A stretch of 64,000 bases of DNA from Desulfobacterales bacterium (GCA_030834695.1 JAUQXK010000031.1:24079-88078), one strand, 5' to 3'. Positions 20,186-29,883 are shown, counted from the first letter of the stretch. Translations and numbers: made by a program. The notes: generated by a model not told the origin, from the sequence alone.

Positions 20186-21526
20186 TTATTTCGACTTGAG
20201 GAAGGCCGGGAGGTGCGCGGCTTCCCGCGGACCCACCGTGATCTTCCAGCCGGGCAACTCTTCTTCCATGTCGCCGGCGATCGCAGCGGCGTAACCGGGT
20301 ATGATGACTTCCTTGTTCTTGATCTTCTCCTCGATGCCGCTCTTCTTCACGAACATGCCGACGTCGTCGCCCGCGAACTTGCCGGCCGCCCAGGCGGTCA
20401 TGACCGACAGGCCCTCGGAGTCCTTGATCAGCAGGTAGGAGGGGATACGGCTCGCCTCGATTTCGCCGGAGACGATGAAGTAGGTCAGGGCGAAGTTGGT
20501 GGTCACCATCACCGGGGAGGTCTCGTTCGGATTGTTGATTTCGTAAATCCCCTGGGTCACGGTCATGGGCCGCTGCGGGTCGGTGAAGATGTTCAGCCGT
20601 TCAAGCAGCAGCGGAAAGAGGTTCTCGCCCGCGAAGTCCGACATCACGACGATTCCGCCGTATTTGGCGACGAAGGTCCCGGCAATGAGGGTTTCCACAT
20701 CGAGGTTCCCGGCCATTTCACAGGGGAATACGATGGTCGGGAAGCCCAGGGCCCGGTTGCCGTCCTTAAGCGCAGAGCGCCGGATGGCGATCAAGTCTTG
20801 GTGGGCCTGCTTGATTTCCCGGCAGCCCGGGTCGAGCACCAGGTCCTTCAGCCCCATTTCGGTGAGTTTCTGTGTGAGCGGAACCAGGTCGGCCACCGAG
20901 CCGGCCGTGACGGCCAGGGGCAACTCGGTCTCTTTGGCCAGCGCACCCATCTCTGCCAGATTGGCGGCGTTGGCGGCATACATCAACGGGCGCTTGAACT
21001 TCGTGGCCGCGACGGCCGCTTTCATCACGGCCGGCTTATCGGTCATCAGCACGAGGTTGAACTCGGAGGTTTCGGCGATGGTTTTGGCAGTCTTGGCGAA
21101 GGCCTCGGCATTCCCGTTGACGTCCTTTACGGCCACCAGTTCCGGCCGCAGGTTGAGACCGACGCGCTCGTATTGAAAGGCGTTCCATTTCTTCAGCTTC
21201 GTCTGAAGGTCCGCTGCCGAAATGTCCGAGCCAACCTTAGCGGCCAACAGCGTCGGGTTGAAGAAGGTCTTTTCGTGGCGATACTGTACGGTCTCGCCGC
21301 CGGTGGTCGCCGCCCGCACCCCTTTTCCCAGAGCCACGGGCCGGATCGGGGGCGCTGAGGCCTCGGAGAGCGCCGCACGTGCTTCAGCCGACACGTAGGG
21401 GCAGCTGTCGAGTTCGGCCTTGCCGGAGGCGAGGTTCATCGCGAAGGCCAGGCAGGTCGGAACACCGCATTCCTTGCAGTTGGTTTTCGGAAGGAGCTTG
21501 AATATCTGAATTCCGGTTAATGCCAT
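20186..21526 (-). CDS. acsC: corrinoid/iron-sulfur protein large subunit (CdhE/gamma)
   Basis: ATG 21526 follows AAGGAGA. The N-terminal 4Fe-4S motif is MALTGIQIFKLLPKTNCKECGVPTCLAFAMNLASGKAELDSCPY. The product is 446 aa. Confidence 0.88.
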   Translation of the reverse strand: MALTGIQIFKLLPKTNCKECGVPTCLAFAMNLASGKAELDSCPYVSAEARAALSEASAPPIRPVALGKGVRAATTGGETVQYRHEKTFFNPTLLAAKVGSDISAADLQTKLKKWNAFQYERVGLNLRPELVAVKDVNGNAEAFAKTAKTIAETSEFNLVLMTDKPAVMKAAVAATKFKRPLMYAANAANLAEMGALAKETELPLAVTAGSVADLVPLTQKLTEMGLKDLVLDPGCREIKQAHQDLIAIRRSALKDGNRALGFPTIVFPCEMAGNLDVETLIAGTFVAKYGGIVVMSDFAGENLFPLLLERLNIFTDPQRPMTVTQGIYEINNPNETSPVMVTTNFALTYFIVSGEIEASRIPSYLLIKDSEGLSVMTAWAAGKFAGDDVGMFVKKSGIEEKIKNKEVIIPGYAAAIAGDMEEELPGWKITVGPREAAHLPAFLKSK

Positions 21527-21617
21527 CTCGGTCTCCTTTGTGCGTGTTTCAGGTACGGTGCCGACGGCGCGCGCCGTCATGCCGGTCGCGCGCCGCCCGA
21601 TAATCCCCCAATATCCG

Positions 21618-23834
21618 TCATCCGGTGATGATCGGGTCCATCGACAGCGCCGGATGGTTCTTTTCCTTCAGGAAGGGCAGGATCTCCTCTTCGGTCGTGC
21701 CAACGGTTTCATCGGCGATGCGGTCGACCAGATCCGGGATGCCGACCTCCTTGCCGCGCTTGATCAGCCGTTCGCGGATTTCTTCCTTGAGGATCTTCGG
21801 CATCCACACCAGGCGCTTGATGCCGCCGTCACCCAGGATGAACTTGCCCTGGGTGATGTTGAATTTGGAATGGCCCACGAATCCCGGCGAGGAAGCGCCG
21901 CCGCCCATGACGCCGGCGAGCGTCGTGAACTTCATGCCGCAGGGGGTCTCCCCGCTGTAATCGCGGTTGACGGTCATGATCCCGTTGCAGGAAGGCAGCA
22001 TGGCCGCGATGGCCTCGCAGCAGCCGCAGGTAGTCATCGGGCTGTGAACCATCGAGTAAAAATTGTAGTGGGTGACGGCACCGCGCGAAGCCTTCTGCAC
22101 GAACTCGTTGACTCCCTTCCACTGGCCAAGCTTGGGATCGAGGCATTCGCCCTTCTGGATGGGCTGGTTGGGCCCGGTCGGGTTGATCTCAAAGGAAGCC
22201 TTGCAGTCCATCCAGTTGTAGGCGCCGCAAAGTCCCGTCCGTTCCGGGCTGACGGTACAGACATGGTTGGGCGCAAAGGATTGGCATAGCGTGCAGGAAT
22301 AGTAGGTCTCGACCGACTCGTCGGTCATCTTCTCGACGCGTTCGTCGCGCATCTTGTACTCGGCCCGCGCCCTCTGGGTGAGCTTGTCCACGTCCTCCTT
22401 CTTGGTGAAGAGGGTGACCTGGACTTTATCGACGATCTTCTGAAAATCCTGGTGGAACTTGGCGTGCAGCACGACGCCGATGTGTTTCAGCGAGAAGCCC
22501 TTTTCAACGGCGGCCTTGCTCAGCCGGATCCAGGCGATGTCGCGCTGGCCGATGTGCATGATGCCCTGAATATAGTTGACCAGGTGGTGGATCTGACGCT
22601 CGATGATCGGTTCGAAATCGGTCTGGAACTCGCGTCCGGCGATCTGAACATAGATCCCGAGCGGTGAGGCGCCGCCCTCTTTCATCTCGTTCACGTCGGG
22701 CCCGACGATCGTTACCTTGCCGTCCTCGATCTCGTTCATCTCGGCCATCTTGACGAGCTCGGTGCACTGGGTCTTGCCGCCGCCCATCTGGCAATAGAGG
22801 TCCTGGCCGCGCACGCGCTCGCCCTCGTAAGCCGGACCGAAGGACATCGGGATGTCGATCGTGGCCACCTGGACCTTCAGGCCGCGGACTTCGACGGACT
22901 TCTGCACCATGTCGGCGTGGGCCACGTTGGCCACCACGTGCTCGTACGTGCAGATGCCGGTCGGCAAAACTTCGGGGATGTCCGTGTCGGCGATGGTGGG
23001 GAAGCCCCAGTTGACGCAGCCGGCTGCGGCCGCGGCCCAGTCGGTGCCGACTTCGCCCAGGGCGTTGACGAAGGCGAAGATACGGTTCTTGTTGTAGAGC
23101 AGCATGCGCTTGTAGTCCCCGGGCTGCACGCCGCCGAAGGCCATGGCGGCGCGGTTGGCGAACCCGAGAGCAAAGATGGCTGAAGAAATGAAAGGCCCGA
23201 AGGGCACGATGCGGGTGTTCCAGCCGATCTGCACCCCGGCCTGCAGCAGCTGCTGGGCTACCGAGGTGTTGTTCTGCTGGGCGGCCAGGAAGATGTAAAG
23301 GCTGCGCTTCTGGTACTCTTCCACGATCAGCTTGGCGGTCTCGGGATCCGGCGCCGCACCGACGATGGCGGCAAAACCGGGAGCCGATCCGTCCACGAAC
23401 TCGACCCCGCGCTTGCGGAACACGGTGTCGTCGGCGGCACCCAGCCAGATCTTTCCGGCTTCCTCGTCGATCTCCTCCGAGTGCAGATAGAACTCCGGCT
23501 CGTTGAGATAGCGCAGGGCCTCACGCAGCTCGAAGCTGAAGAGTGCGGCCATGCCGGCATCCAATAGCGGCCCGAGGTACGGCAGATGGTTCGTGCCCTT
23601 GATGTGCGGGGGCAGCATCTTGCGCACCGCGTCCAGCACGTTTTTCATGTCTTCCAGCTTCTCGACTTTGATGCCGAGCAGCGAGTAAATCACCGGCAGG
23701 TAGTAAGCCGTGTTGGGGAACCCGACCTTGGTGTCGGCGTTGAAGGTCTCCAAGGCCTTCTTGTACTCGCCTTCAACCTGGGAAACGATGTTGTAGGCAC
23801 CCTGAATCGCAGCGAACGCAACTAGTTTAGACAT
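21618..23834 (-). CDS. acsB: CO-methylating acetyl-CoA synthase (ACS catalytic subunit)
   Basis: 738-aa ORF whose N-terminus MSKLVAFAAIQGAYNIVSQVEGEYKKALE and size match AcsB/CdhC. The Cys-rich A-cluster region is CGCCEAIAAMLPSCNG. The SD is GAAGGAGG. Confidence 0.88.
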   Translation of the reverse strand: MSKLVAFAAIQGAYNIVSQVEGEYKKALETFNADTKVGFPNTAYYLPVIYSLLGIKVEKLEDMKNVLDAVRKMLPPHIKGTNHLPYLGPLLDAGMAALFSFELREALRYLNEPEFYLHSEEIDEEAGKIWLGAADDTVFRKRGVEFVDGSAPGFAAIVGAAPDPETAKLIVEEYQKRSLYIFLAAQQNNTSVAQQLLQAGVQIGWNTRIVPFGPFISSAIFALGFANRAAMAFGGVQPGDYKRMLLYNKNRIFAFVNALGEVGTDWAAAAAGCVNWGFPTIADTDIPEVLPTGICTYEHVVANVAHADMVQKSVEVRGLKVQVATIDIPMSFGPAYEGERVRGQDLYCQMGGGKTQCTELVKMAEMNEIEDGKVTIVGPDVNEMKEGGASPLGIYVQIAGREFQTDFEPIIERQIHHLVNYIQGIMHIGQRDIAWIRLSKAAVEKGFSLKHIGVVLHAKFHQDFQKIVDKVQVTLFTKKEDVDKLTQRARAEYKMRDERVEKMTDESVETYYSCTLCQSFAPNHVCTVSPERTGLCGAYNWMDCKASFEINPTGPNQPIQKGECLDPKLGQWKGVNEFVQKASRGAVTHYNFYSMVHSPMTTCGCCEAIAAMLPSCNGIMTVNRDYSGETPCGMKFTTLAGVMGGGASSPGFVGHSKFNITQGKFILGDGGIKRLVWMPKILKEEIRERLIKRGKEVGIPDLVDRIADETVGTTEEEILPFLKEKNHPALSMDPIITG

Positions 23835-23885
23835 GCAACGGTCCTCCTTCGTTGAGGATTTAGTGTAAACGGTTTACGCAGGCAT

Positions 23886-25484
23886 TCATCGATTACGGCG
23901 GTGGACCCAAACCAGGGTCTCCACGATTTTTTCAGAAACCGACTTCTCCGGCACAACCGCTCTCTTTTCGGCGTCTTTGGGAGCGGCTGCCTTCTTTTCG
24001 ATTTTGACCGGCGCCGCGCTCGGTGCCGCGGCGGCCCGGCTTTCGCGCTCTTGGGCGCGCTGCTGCCGGATCTTGTCGAGATCGGCCTCGATTTTGGCCT
24101 TCTCGTCCGCCAGGCGCTGCGCTTCGGCTGCAGCCTTGGCTTTGGCATCCGCTTCGGCCCGGGCCTTGGCGTCGGACTCGGCCTTGGCCTTGGCCTCGGC
24201 GTCGGCTTTGGCCCGCGCCGCCGCATCCAGCTGCGCCCGGGCCTCGGCTTCCGCCTTGGCTTTGGCATCCGCTTCGGCCTGGGTCTTGGCGGCGGACTCG
24301 GCCTTGGCCTTCAACGCCGCGGCGTCGACGGCAGGCGCCGCCGCAGCTGCTTTGGGCGGAGCCGCCGCCGGCTTGGCTTCGGCCTTGGGCGCTGCTTCGG
24401 CTTTGGGAGGTTGCGCCGCCGCCGGCTTCTTCTCTTTTTCCTCCGTGATGGTCAGGTTGGGTGCCGGGGAAAGACTCAGCAAATCGATGTCGACGACCGG
24501 CAGCTTCTTGGCAATCGGCGCAACGGCCGTTGCCGGCCCCCCCTTGTAAATCAGCTCGATATAGCTTTTCACCAGACGGACCGCTTCCGGATGGCGCATA
24601 ATCAGAATATTGGAGCCGCTCATGAGATAGGCGACCGCTCCCACGGCCTCCATCAGGATTGGGCGGCGCTCCGGGTCGCCCAGCGTGGGAGCATCCTTGG
24701 CCCCCAGTTTGGCTTCTTTGGATTTCCAGACCTCGTTGCCGAGGTTGTTAATAATGGGAAACTGGAGCTTGTCGTCGCCTTGGGCCAAGGCCGCCATACG
24801 GATGCGTTCCATGACCGAATAGGAGTATTCGAGACCGTACCCAAGCCCGCCGGTGGTCGGATCGATCAACATGCGGTTGGTCGGCATGCCGAGGTTTTCA
24901 AGGAGGATGTTGATCTGTTTGGCGAGGTTGACGTCGATGGGCGAGGATGCGATGATGGAATGGCCGAAACCCATGGCGGCCGCCCCAATGGCCTTGTGGT
25001 TCTTGTCTTCAACCGGCCCCAGGATGAGGTTATCGCCCTGACACGCTTCGGCGACTTTTTTGAGGACGGCTTCGTCCTTTTCCACGTTGGCCGACCCCCA
25101 AACCACCAGAGGCACATCCACCGCCGCCCGCACTTTTTTCACGGTTTTGACGGCGTCTTCCGCCGAGGCGTTCTTGCCGTTGGGGTCGATGCTCTTCAGC
25201 TGCAGCACGATGATCTCGGCGCCGAATTCCTTGACACATTTCCTTGCCCACCCCCCTGGGTCGGACACCACATCCTTAAATGGAGCCAGGGCGGCATCGG
25301 GCCAGTCCTCCGGAGCCATGTCCCAGACTTCCATGGCGATCTTTGGCAGGTGGGGCATGACACCCTCGAATTGGTAGAAGGGATAGCACGTCTCCCCGCC
25401 GACGGTTACCGTTTTTTGGCCTTTACCGAGCGTGATTTCCTTGATTTTGCCGGTGTAGGATTCTTTGTAGAATTGGAAGCCCAA
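23886..25484 (-). CDS. acsD: corrinoid/iron-sulfur protein small subunit (CdhD/delta) with a ~190-aa Ala/Lys/Glu-rich C-terminal extension
   Basis: The first ~320-345 aa (MGFQFYKESYTGKIKEITLGKG...AVRLVKSYIELIYKGG) match AcsD in length and pattern. Residues ~346-532 are low-complexity AKAEA-type sequence in the same frame. Confidence 0.82.
   Translation of the reverse strand: MGFQFYKESYTGKIKEITLGKGQKTVTVGGETCYPFYQFEGVMPHLPKIAMEVWDMAPEDWPDAALAPFKDVVSDPGGWARKCVKEFGAEIIVLQLKSIDPNGKNASAEDAVKTVKKVRAAVDVPLVVWGSANVEKDEAVLKKVAEACQGDNLILGPVEDKNHKAIGAAAMGFGHSIIASSPIDVNLAKQINILLENLGMPTNRMLIDPTTGGLGYGLEYSYSVMERIRMAALAQGDDKLQFPIINNLGNEVWKSKEAKLGAKDAPTLGDPERRPILMEAVGAVAYLMSGSNILIMRHPEAVRLVKSYIELIYKGGPATAVAPIAKKLPVVDIDLLSLSPAPNLTITEEKEKKPAAAQPPKAEAAPKAEAKPAAAPPKAAAAAPAVDAAALKAKAESAAKTQAEADAKAKAEAEARAQLDAAARAKADAEAKAKAESDAKARAEADAKAKAAAEAQRLADEKAKIEADLDKIRQQRAQERESRAAAAPSAAPVKIEKKAAAPKDAEKRAVVPEKSVSEKIVETLVWVHRRNR
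24133..24311 (-). repeat. tandem 120-bp (40-aa) duplication inside the acsD tail
   Basis: 24133-24191 and 24253-24311 are 59-nt blocks with 3 mismatches at an offset of 120 bp. The protein units are LKAKAESAAKTQAEADAKAKAEAEARAQLDAAARAKADAE and AKAKAESDAKARAEADAKAKAAAEAQRLADEKAKIEADLD. Confidence 0.85.
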
Positions 25485-25847
25485 TGTTCCCTCCTTGTCT
25501 TCTTGACCGGTTTATGGGTGTGGTGATGGAACCGTTGGATCAGCTCATCGACCTATGGGAACAAATCAGGTGAAACCAAGAAGCTAACGCCAAGATTCAA
25601 CTATGTTTTAACTTGATCGCCACGAACCTGCATCGAAGCTCATGGATCGTTCTTAATCCGCGCGTTAACAGCTGTTATCAAACGACGCCCGACCGATACC
25701 ATCCTCATCCATCCCGCATTTTGGGCAACGTACGGCGGTAACGGTTTGTATCTCTTTGGAATTGAAAAAAGCTTTTTCCCTTTATCGGCTGCATGAATTT
25801 TTGTCAAGAGAGGACGTGAAAAATTTCGCAGTTATTTCAATGCCCGA

Positions 25848-27800
25848 CTACGCGGGCGGGTTTGTCCGACCTGTTTCAAGCCGAGCTTGTAATCGTGGGA
25901 ACTGATGCAGGTCGGTATGCGGGAGAAACAGGGCTGCAATATAGTTATCCATGTAGGAGGTCGTCTCGGACAGTTCGAAGTTGGTCATCTTGCTAACGAC
26001 CTCTGCCACATCCCGGCGAATCCGGTTGGTGAGAGAGCTCATCTTGGCGCCCAATAGCGATCCATTGCCCAGGTAGGTCACCCGGTCTGCATCCATTTCG
26101 GGCAGCAGGCCGATCGTCATGGCCTTCTCAAGGTCGACGAAACTCCCGAATCCTCCGGCCAGAACGACTCGCTGAATGTCATTCAAGCTCAGCCCGACCT
26201 CTGTCAGCAGCGTCATGCAGCCGCTGTATATGGCCCCCTTGGTGCGGATCAGATTTTCGATGTCGATCTCGGACAGGGTGATGTCGCGGTCGATCTGGGT
26301 CTCGCCCTTCCAGGCCACCACGTATTCGTAGAAGCCGTCTCCGCGCCGGATGCGGGGCGTATCCAGCGCCGGGTTGAATTTTCCGAGGTTGTCGATGACC
26401 CCTGCCTCGAACATCACGGCCACCATATTGATCAAGCCCGAACCGCAAATGCCTTTTGGCCGCACTCGATCGATGGTCACGATCATGGGCTCAAGCGTGG
26501 CCGGATCCAGGGAGAAGTCCTCGATGGCCCCCTTGGCGGCGCGCATGCCGAACTGCAGGCCGCCTCCTTCGAAAGCCGGGCCGGCCGAACAAGCGGCACA
26601 GGCCAGCCAGTCCCGGTTTCCGATAACGATTTCGGCATTGGTGCCGACATCGAGAAACAAGGTGAGTTCTTCCGCACGGTAGATGCCGGAGCCCATGACG
26701 CCCGCTACGATGTCGCCGCCGACATAGCTCGACACGCAGGGATAAACCAATGCCGTGACGTGGTCCTCCAGATCCATGCCCAATTCCCGGGCTTTAATGG
26801 GGGGGTAAATCGAGGAAGCCGGAACATAGGGCGCCCTTCGAATGAAACGCGGGTTGACCCTGAGCAGCAGTTGGGTCATCGTGGTGTTGCCGGCCAGGGT
26901 GATAGTGGCGATGTCCTGTGGATCCGCTCCCGAGCGTCGCATCATCTTGCCTAAAATTTTATTGATGGTCCCGATGACCACTTCCTGAAGACGTTCCATC
27001 CCGCCGGGTTTTTCGGCATAGACGAGGCGGCTGATCACGTCCTCGCCGTAGCTGATTTGGGCGTTGAACTCCGCATGCTCGGCGCGGACCTCCCCGCTGA
27101 CGAGATCGATGAGCTGCCCGTAGATCGTGGTGGTGCCGATGTCCATGGCGATGGCCAAACTGCGGCCGGAGGTGTCGCCGGCCTGGATGTTGATAATGCG
27201 CGTCTTGCCGTCCGCGCGGACCGGACGCACCAGCGTGGCGGTCACCCGGAAATCGTCCTGACGGATCACCTGCGGAATTTTACGGATGACGGAGAGGTCG
27301 GCTTCCAGTTTATGTTCGTCGTGCTGCAGCTTGAGAAAGCCGATGAGACGGCTGAGATCCGGCAGGTTGTCGCTGGACGATGGGGGCGGGATCTTCAAGA
27401 ATTTTTTTTCGACCGGGGCGAGAAAAAGGCCCCGATCTTTCAATTCTTCGAAATTGAATTCCCGGATTCGAGCGCTGCGCCGCGGAGGTGCCGGGCGGCT
27501 GAGAACCGCTGTGTCGATCGTCGATTCCACCGGAATGCGTACGGTCAGATCGCCGGTGACGGCTGACCGGCAGGCGAGGCGATATCCTTTCTGGATATCG
27601 TCCGGACTCAGCTTCTCGCTGACGCCGTCCGCTACGCTGCCCGCTTCCACCCGGACACGGCACTTCCCGCACACCCCCTCTCCACCGCAGGAGGCGTTGA
27701 TATGCACGCCCGCATCCAGCGCCGCTTGGATGAGGGTGCTGCCGGCAGGCGCTATCACCGAGATATTATGGGGCAGGAACGTAATTTTGTGCTTTGGCAT
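25848..27800 (-). CDS. acsV: corrinoid activation/regeneration protein (RACo-type: N-terminal 2Fe-2S ferredoxin plus ASKHA ATPase)
   Basis: The plant-type ferredoxin motif is ASCGGEGVCGKCRV. The ~650-aa length and the position at the head of the acs genes fit RACo. The start is ATG 27800 (or TTG 27809). Confidence 0.78.
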   Translation of the reverse strand: MPKHKITFLPHNISVIAPAGSTLIQAALDAGVHINASCGGEGVCGKCRVRVEAGSVADGVSEKLSPDDIQKGYRLACRSAVTGDLTVRIPVESTIDTAVLSRPAPPRRSARIREFNFEELKDRGLFLAPVEKKFLKIPPPSSSDNLPDLSRLIGFLKLQHDEHKLEADLSVIRKIPQVIRQDDFRVTATLVRPVRADGKTRIINIQAGDTSGRSLAIAMDIGTTTIYGQLIDLVSGEVRAEHAEFNAQISYGEDVISRLVYAEKPGGMERLQEVVIGTINKILGKMMRRSGADPQDIATITLAGNTTMTQLLLRVNPRFIRRAPYVPASSIYPPIKARELGMDLEDHVTALVYPCVSSYVGGDIVAGVMGSGIYRAEELTLFLDVGTNAEIVIGNRDWLACAACSAGPAFEGGGLQFGMRAAKGAIEDFSLDPATLEPMIVTIDRVRPKGICGSGLINMVAVMFEAGVIDNLGKFNPALDTPRIRRGDGFYEYVVAWKGETQIDRDITLSEIDIENLIRTKGAIYSGCMTLLTEVGLSLNDIQRVVLAGGFGSFVDLEKAMTIGLLPEMDADRVTYLGNGSLLGAKMSSLTNRIRRDVAEVVSKMTNFELSETTSYMDNYIAALFLPHTDLHQFPRLQARLETGRTNPPA

Positions 27801-28002
27801 CACGCTCAAACTCTATCGTCCGGGTCCGTTGTCATGGTTGATTATCGCGATCGAGATGCTCGATACTCGATGCCGGCCGCTCGAAAAAATAAGAAAAACT
27901 CCATGGCTCCGCACGCTGAGCCGGCATCCACGAGTCGGGTATCGGGTACCCCGTATCAAGTAGCCGGTGCAGTCACGGGACGGCATCAAAATCGACACTT
28001 CA

Positions 28003-29883
28003 TCAGTTCATCGGTTCACTGAAGCTGCAGCGCAGGGTCACCATGTCCCCGTCGAAGACCGTGGCCACTTTGTAGGGCAGACGCTTGAACAGCCGGATCA
28101 TGCCCTGGTTCTGGGCCGAGGTATAGGCGAAGAAGCCGGCAATGCCGTGCTCGCGCGCGGCGGACTCCAGCTTGCGGAGCAACACCTGGCCGAGTCCCAT
28201 TTTTTGGTAAGGCTTGCTGATGGAAAACGCGATTTCAGCGTAGTTGGTCGCGGGGTCCAGAAGGTACTCACCGATGCCGACGGCTTGCCCAAAGCCGAAC
28301 TCCCCGACGATCGCAAGCAGGGTGAGGTCCTTGATATAGTCGATCTGGGACACCTCTTCGGCTTCATCCTTATCAAAGCTACGCTTATCGTGGAAAAACC
28401 GAGCGATCACGTCGTCTTTGTCGAGACTGTAGAAATGCTCCTGGATGCGGCGTTCATCCACCGGTTTGGCCGGCCGAACGGTGACCTGCTGGCCGTTGAT
28501 TTCCATCACCGTCTCCAAGTGCACGGGATAGACGCCGTGGATGGACTCGTGCAGGGTTCGCTCGGCACCCAGCAACCCCAGTTTCTTGGCCTGAGAAAAA
28601 AGCTCGTCCCGGAAATCCGGGTGTGCGATGCTGATCAGGCCGAGGGCCCGCTCCTGAAAGCTCTTGCCGAAGAGATTGACGGCCCCGTATTCCGTCACGA
28701 CATGCTGGACATCGCTGCGGGGAACAACCACGGCCGTATCGGCCAACAGCGGAACAATGCGGCTTTTCTTGCCCTGAGAAGTCGTTGAGGACAGCATCAG
28801 GATGGACTTCCCGCCGGGGGACAGTGTCGCCCCGCGGATGAAATCAAGTACCCCCGTGACGCCCGAAAACTGGTTTTGCGGCAGGGCGTCGGCTGCCGCC
28901 TGCCCGGTCAGATCAATGGTCATGACCACGCTCATCGCCACCATCTTATGGTGCCGGGCGATAATAGCCGGATCGTTGACATAGTCCGAGGGGTGAAATT
29001 CGATGGCCGGATTGTCGTTGAGAAATTCATAAAAAGCCTCGTTGCCGATCGCGCTGGAGGCCACCATCTTGCCGTCATTGAAGCCCTTCTTGCGGTTGGT
29101 GATGACCCCTCTCGAAAACAGATGCATCATGTCGCTGGTCAGGCATTGGGTATGAACCCCCAGATCGTTTTTATTCGACAGGGCCAGGAGCACGGCCTCG
29201 GAGGTGGCGCCCAGGCCGATGGAGATGGTGGAGCCGTCGTCGATGAGGCGCGAAGCGATCAGGCGGGCAATCCCCTTGGCAGCCTCCACTTCCGGCGTTT
29301 CGGCGATGGAAAGCAGCGGCTGATCGCACTCAACAAACACATCCACATCGTTCACGTGGATGAAACTGCGGCCCAGGATCCGTGGCATACGCGAATTGAC
29401 CTGAGCGATTACCAGATCGGCGGACTCGGCCGCGGCGAGGGTGATGTCCACCGAAACTCCCAGGCTCATCCAGCCGAAATCATCCGGCGGAGATACCTGA
29501 ATCAGGGCTGCGTTGATCGGCAGCATACGGCTTTTGAACAGCCGCGGTACGGCCGAAAGGTTGATCGGTGTCAGAAAACGCTGGTTGCGGGCGATAGCCT
29601 TGGTCCGGGCCGAGCCGGAATAGAATGACCGGATATTCAACGCCTGATCGCCGGTCTTGTTGGCGATCAGCGTGAGCGGAGTGGTTTCGAGATTGAACAG
29701 ACGGACGATCTCGACATCCTTCAGGGACTCGAAGGCATTGGTCAACTCCCGCATGAGGTGCTGGGGCTCGCCGCAGGAGGAGCCGATAAATACCCGCCAG
29801 CCGGGCCGGATCATCGCAATGGCCTCCGCCCCGCTACGCCGATTGGCGATGTATTTGTCGGCCCAATAGGTGGTCACGGCCAT
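28003..29883 (-). CDS. acetyl-CoA hydrolase/transferase family domain fused to a C-terminal GNAT acetyltransferase domain
   Basis: 626-aa ORF. The N-terminus AEAIAMIRPGWRVFIGSSCGEPQHLMREL is typical of 4-hydroxybutyrate/acetyl-CoA transferase family proteins. The C-terminal ~150 aa carry the GNAT-like YQKMGLGQVLLRKLESAAREHGIAGFFAYT. The SD is GGAGGAGG. Confidence 0.78.
   Translation of the reverse strand: MAVTTYWADKYIANRRSGAEAIAMIRPGWRVFIGSSCGEPQHLMRELTNAFESLKDVEIVRLFNLETTPLTLIANKTGDQALNIRSFYSGSARTKAIARNQRFLTPINLSAVPRLFKSRMLPINAALIQVSPPDDFGWMSLGVSVDITLAAAESADLVIAQVNSRMPRILGRSFIHVNDVDVFVECDQPLLSIAETPEVEAAKGIARLIASRLIDDGSTISIGLGATSEAVLLALSNKNDLGVHTQCLTSDMMHLFSRGVITNRKKGFNDGKMVASSAIGNEAFYEFLNDNPAIEFHPSDYVNDPAIIARHHKMVAMSVVMTIDLTGQAAADALPQNQFSGVTGVLDFIRGATLSPGGKSILMLSSTTSQGKKSRIVPLLADTAVVVPRSDVQHVVTEYGAVNLFGKSFQERALGLISIAHPDFRDELFSQAKKLGLLGAERTLHESIHGVYPVHLETVMEINGQQVTVRPAKPVDERRIQEHFYSLDKDDVIARFFHDKRSFDKDEAEEVSQIDYIKDLTLLAIVGEFGFGQAVGIGEYLLDPATNYAEIAFSISKPYQKMGLGQVLLRKLESAAREHGIAGFFAYTSAQNQGMIRLFKRLPYKVATVFDGDMVTLRCSFSEPMN

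Noticed and set aside
24000-24450. Periodic short repeats that could be mistaken for a CRISPR-like or tandem-repeat array.
   Set aside because: The repeats are GC-rich codon-level repeats (GCC/AAG/GAG) inside an open frame with a 120-bp duplication. There is no repeat-spacer organisation and no cas genes.
23901-25526. A 541-aa plus-strand ORF, and several others, covering the acsD tail region.
   Set aside because: This is the low-complexity mirror image (Gly/Arg/Leu/Phe repeats) of the Ala/Lys/Glu-coding minus strand. The minus-strand frame is continuous with a bona fide AcsD core.
25685-25702. A sigma54-like GG-N10-GC element (minus strand ATGGTATCGGTCGGGCGT) in the acsV-acsD spacer.
   Set aside because: It matches only the GG/GC dinucleotides. 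Both flanking consensus blocks (TGGCAC, TTGCA) are poor, and no EBP is associated with the acs genes in the window.
27871-27930. A 9-bp inverted repeat GATGCCGGC...GCCGGCATC with a 42-nt A-rich centre, between the CoA-transferase/GNAT stop and the acsV start.
   Set aside because: The arms are short, the loop is long, and there is no adjacent U-tract or recognisable operator pattern. It is noted but not interpretable from the sequence alone.
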